Assembly: GCA_046723845.1 (NCBI GenBank)
Contig: JBKOVG010000159.1
Coordinates: forward strand, 764-64,763
DNA: 64,000 nt
Source of the DNA: Candidatus Methylomirabilota bacterium
Lineage (GTDB): Bacteria; Methylomirabilota; Methylomirabilia; Rokubacteriales; CSP1-6
Direction of reading: 5' to 3'
In this document: piece by piece, positions 1-10,604 of the stretch
How the letters are laid out: each line of letters starts with the position of its first letter
How positions within the stretch are numbered: the stretch's first letter is position 1
The notes under the pieces: model-generated
What the model saw: the letters and a program-made list of their open reading frames with translations, nothing else
Told to the model about the DNA's origin: nothing
Databases searched by the model: none
Made by a program: the position numbers and the translations under genes

Positions 1-248
1 AGCACGCGCGGAGCGGTAGGCCCGCCTCGGGGCGGCGCGGGATCGCGCAGGCAGCGCGTGAAGGCGGCGATGAGGAAGGCCGCCGTCTTGCCCGTGCCCG
101 TCTGCGACTGCCCCGCCACGTCCTTGCCCTTCAAGGCCAGGGGCAGCGTGCCTTCCTGGATGGGCGTCATGGTCACGAAGCCCGCGTCCTGGATGCCCCG
201 CATCACCGGCTCGGGCAGATCGAGCGAGGTGAAGTCCACCGAGCTCAT
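1..248 (-). CDS. DEAD-box ATP-dependent RNA helicase, N-terminal fragment (gene continues past the left edge)
   Basis: My translation of the minus strand from ATG at 248-246 gives MSSVDFTSLDLPEPVMRGIQDAGFVTMTPIQEGTLPLALKGKDVAGQSQTGTGKTAAFLIAAF... It has a Q-motif (TPIQ) and motif I/Walker A (SQTGTGKT). The ATG overlaps the tatC stop (ATGA). The listed + ORF 58..321 is its antisense shadow. Confidence 0.8.
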   Translation of the reverse strand, partial: MSSVDFTSLDLPEPVMRGIQDAGFVTMTPIQEGTLPLALKGKDVAGQSQTGTGKTAAFLIAAFTRCLRDPAPPRGGPTAPRV

Positions 249-1039
249 GTGGCCGACGCCGTGGGCGTGGGGGGCGGCGCGGCCTGGCGCCGCCGGCGCG
301 TGGCGAGGCGGGCGCAAATGATGCCCACCTCGTAGAGGATGCACAGCGGCCCCGCCATGAGGGTCTGGTTGATCATGTCGGGCGTCGGGGTGAGGACGGC
401 CGCGATGATGAAGTTGACGAGGACGGCGTACTTACGGTTCTTCGAGAGGAACTGCGGGGTGACCACCCCGATCAGGCTCAGGATAGTGATCACCACGGGC
501 AGCTCGAACACGAGCCCGAAGGCCAGGGTGAACTTGATCACGAAGTCCGTGTAGGACGACACGGTGAGCATGGGCTTCCACCCCTTCTCCTGACCGAAGG
601 TCACGAGGAAGGTGGAGGCGTAGGGAATGATGATGAGCATGGCGAAGACACCGCCCAGGAGGAAGAGGAGCGAGCCCACCAGGATGAAGGGCACCGCGTA
701 CTTCTTCTCGTGGGCGTGGAGCCCCGGGGCCACGAACTTCCAGACTTGATAGAGGATGCCCGGCATGGAGATGAAGATGCCCAGCATCATGGCTACCTTC
801 ATCCACGTCCAGAAGGCCTCGGTGGGCGAGGTGAACACCAGCTCCGTCTTCATGTTGAGGAGCGGGCGCGAGATGAACCGCATGGCGGGATCGGTGATGA
901 AGAGTGCGATGACGATGCCGATGCCTGCGGCGACGAGGCTCCACATGATGCGCGTGCGGAGCTCGCCCAGGTGCTCCATGAACGACATCTTGCCGAGGGC
1001 GCGATCGGCCTCTGGGTCCGACACCTGCTCGTCTGCCAT
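245..1039 (-). CDS. tatC: Sec-independent (Tat) protein translocase subunit TatC
   Basis: ORF-track protein carries the TatC-typical N-terminus (MSFMEHLGELRTRI), multiple hydrophobic TM segments, and FELPVV...LTPTPD. ATG at 1039 overlaps the thiD stop (TGATG). GTG at 1045 is an alternative start. Confidence 0.9.
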   Translation of the reverse strand: MADEQVSDPEADRALGKMSFMEHLGELRTRIMWSLVAAGIGIVIALFITDPAMRFISRPLLNMKTELVFTSPTEAFWTWMKVAMMLGIFISMPGILYQVWKFVAPGLHAHEKKYAVPFILVGSLLFLLGGVFAMLIIIPYASTFLVTFGQEKGWKPMLTVSSYTDFVIKFTLAFGLVFELPVVITILSLIGVVTPQFLSKNRKYAVLVNFIIAAVLTPTPDMINQTLMAGPLCILYEVGIICARLATRRRRQAAPPPTPTASAT

Positions 1040-1827
1040 CACCACTCCGTCAGGAAGTGCCGTAACTGGCCCACCCCGCGCCCGAGGGCGAAGCCCTCGC
1101 GGATGGCGCGCGTGACATAGGCCTTGGCGTCACGCACGGCCTCGCCGAGCGGCCGCCCCTGGGCGAGGCTCGCCGTGATGGCCGCCGACAGGGTGCAGCC
1201 CGTGCCGTGGGTGTTGTCGGACTCGATGCGCGAGACCTGGTACGCGGTGAAGTCGCGGCCGTTGAAGAGCAGGTCCACCGCGTCGCCCTTGAGGTGGCCG
1301 CCCTTGACCAGCACGTGACGCGGGCCGAGCGCGTGGATGCGCCGGGCCGCCTCTTCCATCTCGGCGCGATTCGCCACCGGCATCCCCGCCAGCACCTCGG
1401 CCTCGGGAAGGTTGGGCGTCACCACGAGGCAGAGCGGCAGGAGGCGCGTGGTGAGCGCGCGCACCGCCTCCGGCTCGAGGAGGGATGCGCCGGACTTGGC
1501 GACCATCACGGGGTCGACCACGAGCTTCTCCACGCGCCGGGGCGACAGGGCGCCCACCACGGCCTCGATGATGGCCGCGTTGGCGAGCATGCCGCACTTC
1601 GCCGCGTCCACGCCGAAGTCCTCGAGCACGGACTCGATCTGCCGCGCCACGAAGGCGGGCGAGAGACACTCCACCGCCTGCACGCCGACGGAGTTCTGGG
1701 CGGTGACGGCGGTGATGGCGGACATGCCGAACACCCGGTACGCCGAGAAGGTCTTGAGGTCCGCCTGGATGCCCGCGCCGCCGCCTGAATCACTGCCGGC
1801 GATCGTCAGGGCTTTGGGGATCGACAT
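1039..1827 (-). CDS. thiD: Hydroxymethylpyrimidine/phosphomethylpyrimidine kinase
   Basis: 262 aa. [21 protein letters not shown] at the N-terminus and [14 protein letters not shown] near the C-terminus are the ThiD/ribokinase-fold signatures. Confidence 0.9.
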   Translation of the reverse strand: MSIPKALTIAGSDSGGGAGIQADLKTFSAYRVFGMSAITAVTAQNSVGVQAVECLSPAFVARQIESVLEDFGVDAAKCGMLANAAIIEAVVGALSPRRVEKLVVDPVMVAKSGASLLEPEAVRALTTRLLPLCLVVTPNLPEAEVLAGMPVANRAEMEEAARRIHALGPRHVLVKGGHLKGDAVDLLFNGRDFTAYQVSRIESDNTHGTGCTLSAAITASLAQGRPLGEAVRDAKAYVTRAIREGFALGRGVGQLRHFLTEW

Positions 1828-2164
1828 GGCCCCCTAGTATACGGGATACGCTGACACGGGCAAAGACGGCAGATACTTAGCCGACACTTCGTATTCACGG
1901 GTCCCCTCCGTCTCGAGGCCGGCGCCGCGGGCATCGAGAGCAGCGCATCGGTCTCCTCGGAAAGAACGGCGCAGTCCAATGACAGCGATCTCGGCCCTCG
2001 CCATTGGATGTGTCATTGCGAGCTGCTCCCTCGAAAAATCGCGACTCGGGGGTAGGAGCATCGGCGGAGATGTCATACCATCTCCCCCAGCCGAATCGCT
2101 GACGCCGCGGGCCTCCCCTGGCAGAGTTCACTCAGAATTCCCCACACACCAATGAGGGAACGCC

Positions 2165-5100
2165 ATGAGTCGGACGCAGCCTGACCGTTCTCCTGCCCTC
2201 CGCATCGAGGCCGAGAACGAGTGGGCGTGGTGTGGCGACCGGCGCCTCGAGTTGACGCCGAAGGCATTCGCCGTCCTGCGGCATCTGGTCGAGCACGCGG
2301 GAAGGCTCGTCACCAAGGACGAGCTGCTCTCCACCATCTGGCGCGACGCCGTCGTGAGCGACGCCGCCCTCGCCAGCGTCATCCGCGACGTGCGCAAGGC
2401 GCTGGGCGATGCGTCCCACTCGCCGCGCTACATCCAGACCGTGCACCGCAGAGGCTTCCGATTCATCGGCCCCGTGGCGCGGTCGGCGGCTCCGATCACC
2501 GACGAGACCACGCGCCCGGCTCCCGAGCGCTTCACCTCGCCGTCGGATGCCGCCTTGATGCTCGTGGGGCGGGAGAGCGAGCTGTCCGGGCTGCACGCGC
2601 GGCTCGCCAGGGCCCTCGCCGGAGAACGGCAACTGGTGTTCGTGACGGGAGAGCCGGGGATCGGCAAGACGACGCTGGTGGAAGCGTTCCTCGCCGACGT
2701 GGGCGAGGCGGGCGTGGCCCGCATCGGGCACGGACAGTGCGTGGAGCAGTACGGCGCCGGCGAGGCCTACCTTCCGATCCTCGAGGCGCTGGGGCGACTG
2801 GGCCGCGCGGCGGGAAGTGAGGTGCTCCTGCAGATTCTCAAGCAGCACGCACCGACCTGGCTGGAGCAGCTTCCCGGATTGCTGAGCGACCGCGAGATGG
2901 CCGCGGTGCAGCGCCGCGCCCAGGGAGCGACCCGCGGCCGCATGCTGCGCGAGCTGGCGGAGGCGCTGGACGCTCTCACGCGCGACGCTCCGCTCGTGCT
3001 GCTCCTGGAAGACCTGCACTGGAGCGATTCGGCCACCATCGATCTGCTCGGCATGCTGGCACGCCGGCGGGAAGCCTCGCGCCTGCTCGTCCTCGGGACG
3101 TATCGCCCGGCCGAGGTCGCGGCGGCTCCCGCGCATCCACTCAGGTGGGTCAAGCACGAGCTGCAGCTGCACGGCCACTGCGATGACATGCCGCTCGCCT
3201 TCCTGAGCGCGGCCGCCGTGGGCCAGTACATCTGCCGGCGGTTCCCCAAGCACGCGCTGCCCGGGGAGCTGGCGCTCGTGCTGCACCGGAACACCGAGGG
3301 CAATCCGCTGTTCCTCGTGAACACCGTCGACGATCTGATCGGCCAAGGCCAGCTTCGCGAGATCGAGGGCCAGTGGCAGCTCTGCGGCGCCGCCGAAGAC
3401 ATCGCGGCCCGGCCCCCCGACACCTTGTGGCAGCTCGTGGAGAGGCAGGTGGAGCGACTGACCGCGGAGGAGCAAGCGGTGCTCATGGCGGCGAGCGTGG
3501 CCGGCGTCGAGTTCTCCGCGGCGGCCGTGATGCCGGAGACGATAGATTCCCCGCGCTGCGGGCTCACCTGCGAGGCGCTCGCGCGCCGGAGCCAGCTCCT
3601 TCGCCCCGCGGGCGTCGCCGAGTGGCCGGACGGCACGGTGGCCGGTCGCTATGCCTTCATCCACGCGCTCTATCAGCAGGTGCTCTACCAGCGCGTGCCC
3701 GTGGGAGAGCGGGGCTCGATGCACCTGCGAACGGCGGAGCGGCTCGAGCGCGGCTACGGGGAGCGGGCGATCGAGATCGCCGGCGAGCTCGCCGTGCACT
3801 TCGAGCAGGGGAAAAACGTCGAGCGCGCCACGCGGTACCGGAAGCTCGCCGGCGAGCATGCGCTGCGCCAGCACGCCTACCGCGAGGCCGCCGATCACGC
3901 ACGGCGCGCCCTCGACCTGCTCGAAGCATCGCCCGGCTTGGCGCGGCGCCTCGAGCAGGAGCTGAGCCTCGAGATCATGCTGGGAGCGGCCCTGGCCGCA
4001 ACCCAGGGCTACGCGGCGCCCGAGGCCGCCCGCAGCTATGCGCGTGCGTGGGAGCTGTGCGCGCAGATGGGCGAGACGCCGCAGCTCCTCCCCGTCCTCG
4101 TGGGCCTCGGCCGCTACTATCTCGTGCGCGGCGAGTTCCCGACCGCCCATGCAGTGGCGACCCACCTGATGGCGGTGGCGGAGGCGACGCACGATCGTGC
4201 TCTGCTCTTGGCCGCCCACAATTCTCTGGGCGTGGTGTCCTTCTACACCGGCCGCTTCGCTGCCGCCCACGAGCATCTGGAGCAGGGCCTGGCGCTGTGC
4301 GAGTCGGACGTGCACGGACCCAATCCCTCGCCGGCGATCCGCCTCGTTCCCTCAGGAGTATCCTGCGCCATCCACGGTGCCCTGACCCTCTGGATGCTCG
4401 GGTTCCCTGATCGCGCGGTGGCGCGCGCCCGTGAGGGGCTCACGCTGGCGCGCTCGCTCGAGCACCCCTTCAGCGTGTCGTATGCCTGCCACCACACCGC
4501 GGGATTGCACGAGTGGCGACGCGAAAGCCAGGCCATGCACGAGCTGGAAGAGGAGGCTCTGCCCCTCGACACCGATCACGGCTTCGAGTTCATGCTGACG
4601 GCCGGCATCGTCCACCGTGGCTGGCTCCTCTTCGAGGGCGGCCAGGGAGACGACGGCCTCGCCCGGATGCACGAAGGTCTGGCGCGGCATCGCGCGATCG
4701 GCGCGGGCGCGCTGGTACCCGCTTTCCTCGCCTTCACGGCGGAGGCATACCGGAGACTCGGCCGGCCGGCCGAGGGGCTGGCCGCCATCACCGAGGCGCT
4801 CACCGCGCTGCCATCCGGGCTGCACTACTGGGAGGCCGAGCTGCACCGGCTGGCCGGCGAGCTCCACCGCGAGCTCGACGCGAGCCCGCAAGGCGACGCG
4901 GCTGCCGAGTCGGAGCTCCTCCGGGCCATCGAGATCGCGCGCCGGCAGCAGGCGAGGTCGCTGGAGCTGCGAGCCTCGACGAGTCTGAGCCGGCTCTGGC
5001 GCGATCAAGGGAAACTGCGAGAGGCGCAAGCGTTGCTGTCAGGCATCCACGACTGGTTCACGGAGGGATTCGAGTCCGGCGACCTGCGAGAGGCACGTGG

Positions 5101-5182
5101 GCTCCTCGAAGAGCTGACCATGAGGGCCCAGGGGAGCGGGGGGATGTCGCGCCGGCGGAGACCCCCGGACGTGGACCGTTGA
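2165..5182 (+). CDS. STAND-type transcriptional regulator: OmpR/PhoB-like winged helix + AAA(16)-type NTPase + TPR-like repeats
   Basis: 1005 aa. The N-terminal wHTH is LTPKAFAVLRHLVEHAGRLVTKDELL...YIQTVHRRGFRFIG. Walker A is GEPGIGKT and Walker B-like is LVLLLEDLHWSD. A long helical-repeat C-terminus follows. Confidence 0.8.
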   Translation: MSRTQPDRSPALRIEAENEWAWCGDRRLELTPKAFAVLRHLVEHAGRLVTKDELLSTIWRDAVVSDAALASVIRDVRKALGDASHSPRYIQTVHRRGFRFIGPVARSAAPITDETTRPAPERFTSPSDAALMLVGRESELSGLHARLARALAGERQLVFVTGEPGIGKTTLVEAFLADVGEAGVARIGHGQCVEQYGAGEAYLPILEALGRLGRAAGSEVLLQILKQHAPTWLEQLPGLLSDREMAAVQRRAQGATRGRMLRELAEALDALTRDAPLVLLLEDLHWSDSATIDLLGMLARRREASRLLVLGTYRPAEVAAAPAHPLRWVKHELQLHGHCDDMPLAFLSAAAVGQYICRRFPKHALPGELALVLHRNTEGNPLFLVNTVDDLIGQGQLREIEGQWQLCGAAEDIAARPPDTLWQLVERQVERLTAEEQAVLMAASVAGVEFSAAAVMPETIDSPRCGLTCEALARRSQLLRPAGVAEWPDGTVAGRYAFIHALYQQVLYQRVPVGERGSMHLRTAERLERGYGERAIEIAGELAVHFEQGKNVERATRYRKLAGEHALRQHAYREAADHARRALDLLEASPGLARRLEQELSLEIMLGAALAATQGYAAPEAARSYARAWELCAQMGETPQLLPVLVGLGRYYLVRGEFPTAHAVATHLMAVAEATHDRALLLAAHNSLGVVSFYTGRFAAAHEHLEQGLALCESDVHGPNPSPAIRLVPSGVSCAIHGALTLWMLGFPDRAVARAREGLTLARSLEHPFSVSYACHHTAGLHEWRRESQAMHELEEEALPLDTDHGFEFMLTAGIVHRGWLLFEGGQGDDGLARMHEGLARHRAIGAGALVPAFLAFTAEAYRRLGRPAEGLAAITEALTALPSGLHYWEAELHRLAGELHRELDASPQGDAAAESELLRAIEIARRQQARSLELRASTSLSRLWRDQGKLREAQALLSGIHDWFTEGFESGDLREARGLLEELTMRAQGSGGMSRRRRPPDVDR

Positions 5183-5285
5183 GCGACAGAGGGATATCAC
5201 GAGCGGCCGCTGGTCGCAGCCAGCGTCTGCCTCGATCTAGAACGTCTCCAACGAGTATTGACTACACGCCACGTGCTTCCGCAGA

Positions 5286-5411
5286 GTGCCGGGCTAAATT
5301 GCGAGCCAGACGAGGCCCGAGGGAGGCCGCAGCCCGAGGCGTATGTAGGTATACGTTGAGGGCGGCGGCCGACCGAGAACGAAGTATGGCGAAGTCAAGT
5401 TGGCCCGGCAC
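5286..5411 (+). repeat. Structured intergenic repeat, copy C (diverged member of the family also at 8597-8676 and 28893-28981)
   Basis: Closed by a perfect 9-bp helix, GTGCCGGGC (5286-5294) / GCCCGGCAC (5403-5411). An inner hairpin is GGCCGCAGCC (5325-5334) / GGCGGCGGCC (5361-5370). The core TTGAGGGCGGCGGCCGACCGAGAACGAAG..GAAGTCAAG resembles the A/B core. Confidence 0.45.
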
Positions 5412-5497
5412 TAGACGTGCCTGATCAGGCGACGACGACGGCGCCTCGCACTACGCGTCGGCGATCCTGGCGCTGCTCCTGGATCATGGCCCGCCGC

Positions 5498-6103
5498 TCA
5501 GGACTCGGGGGCGACCTGACGTAACGCCCAGCGCTGGCGCGCCTCGTGCACCCTCTCCTGCGACTCGGCGTCCCCCGTGGCGAGCTGCGCGGCGATGTGA
5601 AGGCACTGCTCGACCACCACGCGGTCGTCGAGCGCTTCGAAGGCCTCCGCGCTCCGGAGCGCGCCTTCGACCGAGTGTTCCCGACGGGCCCGGATGAGAG
5701 CGCTCAGGTAGGCCTCGCGCGCATTCATGCGCGCCCCTCGGGGAGTGCCGGCCGCGCGCCCGATGGCCACGAAGGCATCGCCCACCGCGATCATGCTCTC
5801 CCAGCTGCGGCTGCTGAGGGCAGCGCCGTAGGCGTCTTGCCAAGCCCTCACCGCCGCGTCGACACGTCCCTGCTCGAGTTCCTTGTCGACGACGGCCAGA
5901 TAGGTCCGCCAGAGCCCGTCATCTACCTTGCCGCCGGCGGGCAGGAGGCTCTCCAGCCCCTCGAGCTGCTCGTGCACGGCCGCGCGCGCGCCGCGCAACA
6001 CGCCGTCTTCCGGTCGGGGCACGGTCAGCCGCCCACCGTGGGCCAGGACGATACACAGGCCCAGGAGCGCGCTCGCGAGGAACAGCTGTCGTGGCGACGT
6101 CAT
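5498..6103 (-). CDS. Hypothetical secreted, mostly helical protein
   Basis: 201 aa. The N-terminal signal-like segment is MTSPRQLFLASALLGLCIVLAHG. I recognise no motif. Codon usage is consistent with neighbours. Confidence 0.55.
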   Translation of the reverse strand: MTSPRQLFLASALLGLCIVLAHGGRLTVPRPEDGVLRGARAAVHEQLEGLESLLPAGGKVDDGLWRTYLAVVDKELEQGRVDAAVRAWQDAYGAALSSRSWESMIAVGDAFVAIGRAAGTPRGARMNAREAYLSALIRARREHSVEGALRSAEAFEALDDRVVVEQCLHIAAQLATGDAESQERVHEARQRWALRQVAPES

Positions 6104-6242
6104 GACAATCGCCGTACCGGTATCATGCGCTGTCTGTTCATGGGGAACAGGCTTATCGCACGAGCCGGCTCGAGTCCTGGGAGAACCTAGGGATTACTCA
6201 GGGAGCGGGCGATCGGACCTGCGTGTGCTTACTGCGAGGGAC

Positions 6243-6944
6243 TCACTCGGTCTCGTCGGAGGCCGACGGCTTCACGTGCGGGATGACCAGCGTGAATTCC
6301 CCCCGCACCGTGCCCGCGGCGAAGCGCTCGTGCAGAGCGGAGGGGGTGCCGCGAAGGATCTCCTCGAACTGCTTGGTCAGCTCGCGCGCCACCACGATCT
6401 CGATCTGGCCGAACACCTGAGCGATGGCCTCCAGCGAGGCGAGCACGCGATGGGGAGACTCGTAGCAGACGATGGTCATCTCGAGATCGCGGAGCGCTTC
6501 CAGACGATGCACGCGCTTGCCCGGCTTCACGGGCAGGAAGCCGTCGAAGACGAAGCGATCGGCGGGGATACCCGCGGCGGAAAGCGCCGTCACCACCGCG
6601 GAGGGGCCGGGCACCGGCACCACCGGGATGCCCGCCGCCCGCGCCTCCCGCACGAGGAGAAATCCGGGATCGGAGATGCCGGGCGTGCCCGCGTCGGTGA
6701 CCAAGGCCACCGACGTGCCCTCGTGGAGCGTTCGCAGAATGGCCGGGCCCTTGGCCAGCTTGTTGTGCTCGAAGTAGCTCGTGACGGGCACGTGGATGCC
6801 GAAGTGAGTCAGGAGCGTACGCGTGCGGCGAGTGTCCTCGCAGGCGATCAGCCCCACTTCCTTGAGCACGCGCAGGGCGCGCATCGTCAGGTCCTCGAGG
6901 TTGCCGATGGGCGTGGCGACGACGTAGAGCGTGCCTGCACTCAC
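6243..6944 (-). CDS. rsmI: 16S rRNA (cytidine1402-2'-O)-methyltransferase
   Basis: The C-terminal 233 aa of the 457-aa track ORF read (V)SAGTLYVVATPIGNLEDLTMRALRVLKEVGLIACEDTRRT..., which is RsmI/tetrapyrrole-methylase fold. GTG at 6944 overlaps the upstream gene's stop (GTGA). The upstream part of the track ORF is Arg/Pro-rich shadow. Confidence 0.85.
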   Translation of the reverse strand: MSAGTLYVVATPIGNLEDLTMRALRVLKEVGLIACEDTRRTRTLLTHFGIHVPVTSYFEHNKLAKGPAILRTLHEGTSVALVTDAGTPGISDPGFLLVREARAAGIPVVPVPGPSAVVTALSAAGIPADRFVFDGFLPVKPGKRVHRLEALRDLEMTIVCYESPHRVLASLEAIAQVFGQIEIVVARELTKQFEEILRGTPSALHERFAAGTVRGEFTLVIPHVKPSASDETE

Positions 6945-7726
6945 GGCTTCGCCTGCACGGTGCGCGGGAAGTCGAGGATCATTTGGGCGAGGGCCTGGAG
7001 ACTCTCGTAGGGCTCGCCGCGCAGGGCCTGGCGAACGCGCTCCTCCTCGCCCACGACCAGCCGGATCATGACCGACCGGTGCGGCCCCGGCTCGCTGGGG
7101 TCCGCAGCTTGGGCGGGCCAGTCCTGGAGCAGCGCGGGAGAGTCGAGCACCTTGCCGACGAGGGTGACGTAGGCGGCCTCGTCGATGTCGCCCGCCCGCT
7201 CCCAGGCTGGCACCGCGACGCGCGTGCCGGACAGCGCCTCCGCCATCGCTCGCCCCTGTCTCGCCACGAGCCGCATCACCTGCCGGTCGCCCGCTGCCTC
7301 CAACGTCGGCCGCGTCTCGGTGAGCACGATGATGCGCGACTGCCGCGGGGCCAGCTCGAGGAGCGTGCGCCGCGCCCTGTCGATGCGGGCCTGCAGGACG
7401 TCGCGGCCCGCCGCGCCGGGCACCGCGATCAGGTACTGGCGCAGGCGAACGTAGGCGGCGAGCGGCCAGCCTGCTTCGGAGGCGGAGATCCCCCAGCGGC
7501 GGAGCACCTCGTCCGGCAGCGGCTCCTCCGAGAGGCGCGCGGCGGCCTCGAAGCTCACCAGGGCCTGCTCGAAGCGTCCCGCCTCGAATTCCTTGACGGC
7601 GCGGACGAGATACCACAGACGCTCCCGCCCGCCCGCCTCCGGCGCCTCCGCGCGCCCGGATCCCACCCCGGCCAGGATGAGCCAGGCGGCGAGCAGTGAC
7701 GTGACTGGACGAGCCATGGTCCTCAC
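6941..7726 (-). CDS. Hypothetical secreted protein
   Basis: 261 aa with signal peptide MARPVTSLLAAWLILAGVGSGRAEA. No recognisable catalytic motif. Stop-start overlap with rsmI suggests an operon. Confidence 0.55.
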   Translation of the reverse strand: MRTMARPVTSLLAAWLILAGVGSGRAEAPEAGGRERLWYLVRAVKEFEAGRFEQALVSFEAAARLSEEPLPDEVLRRWGISASEAGWPLAAYVRLRQYLIAVPGAAGRDVLQARIDRARRTLLELAPRQSRIIVLTETRPTLEAAGDRQVMRLVARQGRAMAEALSGTRVAVPAWERAGDIDEAAYVTLVGKVLDSPALLQDWPAQAADPSEPGPHRSVMIRLVVGEEERVRQALRGEPYESLQALAQMILDFPRTVQAKP

Positions 7727-7740
7727 GTCATCATTCTGGC

Positions 7741-8505
7741 ATGGACGGGCAATACACCGTGCGCACCCTCGCCGAAGCGCCGGAGCTGGAGCCGCATTTC
7801 CCTCGCCTCCACGCCGTGGCCTGGCCGCGCTTCGTGCACGAGGGCAACGGCACAGGCGGCCTCTGGGGCCGTCTCGGCAGCGACTTCCGGGACTTCCAGT
7901 TCGGGTTGTGGGACGAGACGGGCGCGCTCGCCGCGGTGGGCAACAGCATTCCCCTGATGTGCGACGGGACCAGGGGCGACCTGCCCCGCGACATTCCCGA
8001 GATCCTCCAGCGCGGCGTGGCCGTGCGTCGGGACGGGCGCCGCCCGAACGCGCTCTCGGCGCTCGCCGCCATCGTGGATCCGGCGCACCGCGCCCGCGGG
8101 CTGAGCCGTCGGATCATCGAGGCCATGCGGGACATCGCGCGTCGTCAGGGCCTTCTCACTCTCATCGCTCCCGTGCGGCCCACCCTCAAGGCGCTCTATC
8201 CCCTCACGCCCATGGATCGCTACATCACCTGGAAACGGGCCAACGGCTCGGCCTTCGATCCGTGGATCGGCGTGCACGAGAGCATGGGGGCGGAGATCCT
8301 CGCCGTGGCCCCCGCCGCCCTCGTGATCACGGACACGGTGGCGCGCTGGCAGGAATGGACGGGGATGGTCTTTCCGGAGAGCGGACGCTACGTGGTGACG
8401 GGCGCCTTCCAGCCCGTGACCGTGGATCTGCGGCGCAACGTGGGGCGCTACGAGGAAGCCAACGTGTGGATGAAGCACCCGCTCGCCCCGACCACGCACA
8501 CCTAA
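7741..8505 (+). CDS. GNAT-fold N-acetyltransferase-like protein with C-terminal extension
   Basis: 254 aa. An acetyl-CoA-binding motif-A-like segment is VDPAHRARGLSRRIIEAMRDIARRQG. The family assignment is approximate. Confidence 0.55.
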   Translation: MDGQYTVRTLAEAPELEPHFPRLHAVAWPRFVHEGNGTGGLWGRLGSDFRDFQFGLWDETGALAAVGNSIPLMCDGTRGDLPRDIPEILQRGVAVRRDGRRPNALSALAAIVDPAHRARGLSRRIIEAMRDIARRQGLLTLIAPVRPTLKALYPLTPMDRYITWKRANGSAFDPWIGVHESMGAEILAVAPAALVITDTVARWQEWTGMVFPESGRYVVTGAFQPVTVDLRRNVGRYEEANVWMKHPLAPTTHT

Positions 8506-8596
8506 GCTTCTGTGGGCCGCGAGGCCCAACCATGCACTGCCTGATGTACCGCTTCGAGCGCGGGCTTGGCCCGCGCAACCCGCTTCTGGGGGGAGG

Positions 8597-8676
8597 TTCG
8601 GAAGGGGACTGACTCGGTCCTCGTCTCGCGTCGGCCGCGGGCCGCCGCTCAACTCGAACTGCGGCCCCCCTCCGAA
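8597..8676 (-). repeat. Structured intergenic repeat, copy A
   Basis: Sits immediately 3' of the clpX stop. On the minus strand it reads TTCGGAGGGG-GGCCGCAGTTCGAGTTGAGCGGCGGCCC-GC-GGCCGACGCGAGACGAG-...-CCCCTTCCGAA. Identical 21-nt and 17-nt blocks are shared with copy B (28910-28930 and 28932-28948). Confidence 0.6.
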
Positions 8677-8678
8677 TA

Positions 8679-9929
<1,251 letters not shown>

Positions 9930-9939
9930 CCGCTGCCTC

Positions 9940-10569
9940 CTAACGCCCCGCCGCCACGACCGTGGCTTCGGCCACCGACCGCGTGGTGGGCTTAGAGGAG
10001 ATGACCTCGTCGACGATCTTGTATTCCCGGGCCTGCTCCGCGGTCATGAAGAAATCGCGGTCGGTGTCGCGCTGGATCTTCTCCATGCTCTGGCCCGTGT
10101 GGTGGATCAGGATGCGGTTCAGCTCCTCCCGCATGCGGAGGATCTCCTTGGCCTGGATGTCGATGTCCGTCGCCTGCCCCTGCACGCCACCCAGGGGCTG
10201 GTGGATCATGATACGCGCGTGGGGCAGCGCGAAGCGCTTCCCCTTGGCGCCGGCGCATAGCAGCAGAGCACCCATGGAAGCGGCCTGGCCCATGCAGATG
10301 GTGGAGATGGCCGGCTTCACATACTGCATGGTGTCGTAGATGGCCATGCCCGCCGTCACCGAGCCCCCCGGGGAGTTGATGTACAGCGAGATGTCCTTGT
10401 CGGGGTCCTCGGCTTCGAGGAAGAGCATTTGGGCGATGACGAGATTGGCGATCTCGTCCTCGATGTATGTCGGCAGGAAGATGATCCGCTCCTTCAGCAG
10501 ACGGGAGAAGATGTCGAAGGCCCGCTCGCCGCGGGGCGTCTGCTCCACCACCATTGGAACCAGACCCAT
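9940..10569 (-). CDS. clpP: ATP-dependent Clp protease proteolytic subunit ClpP
   Basis: Reads [32 protein letters not shown]...[11 protein letters not shown]...MIHQP, with the Ser-His-Asp context. An AGGAGG Shine-Dalgarno lies 7 nt upstream of ATG 10569. The track ORF starts 21 nt further upstream. Confidence 0.95.
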   Translation of the reverse strand: MGLVPMVVEQTPRGERAFDIFSRLLKERIIFLPTYIEDEIANLVIAQMLFLEAEDPDKDISLYINSPGGSVTAGMAIYDTMQYVKPAISTICMGQAASMGALLLCAGAKGKRFALPHARIMIHQPLGGVQGQATDIDIQAKEILRMREELNRILIHHTGQSMEKIQRDTDRDFFMTAEQAREYKIVDEVISSKPTTRSVAEATVVAAGR

Positions 10570-10604
10570 TGGGCGCCTCCTGGGTGCCATGCGGCCAGTG
10601 TACC

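Noticed and set aside
1828-1960. Possible TPP (THI-box) riboswitch upstream of thiD on the minus strand. It contains GGGGACCC...GGCUAAGU...CAGCGUAUCCCG.
   Set aside because: The conserved cores CUGAGA and ACCUGAUCUGGAUAAUGCCAGCG are not present, and the helices do not fall into the P1-P5 arrangement. The resemblance is limited to a few short strings.
2132-4315. 727-aa ORF antisense to the STAND regulator. Similar long shadow ORFs occur elsewhere: 10554-11885(+), 36962-38566(-), 40932-42662(-), 51642-53705(+), 55822-57558(-), 58429-60339(-), 58443-60569(+), 49011-50957(+) and 49171-50631(-).
   Set aside because: These ORFs are Arg/Gly/Ala/Pro/His-rich low-complexity translations with no motifs. 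Each lies opposite to, or out of frame with, a gene that has clear family signatures. This is the typical stop-codon-poor artefact of very GC-rich DNA.
6945-7616. N-terminal 224 codons of the 457-aa track ORF containing rsmI.
   Set aside because: This part is Arg/Pro/Gly-rich and overlaps the well-formed secreted-protein gene 6941-7726 in another frame. The RsmI homology begins at GTG 6944, which overlaps that gene's stop.
8597-8676. Integron attC-site interpretation of the repeat family (imperfect palindromes of 60-140 bp).
   Set aside because: There are no RYYYAAC/GTTRRRY core sites at the ends, no integrase, and the flanking genes are housekeeping genes rather than cassettes.
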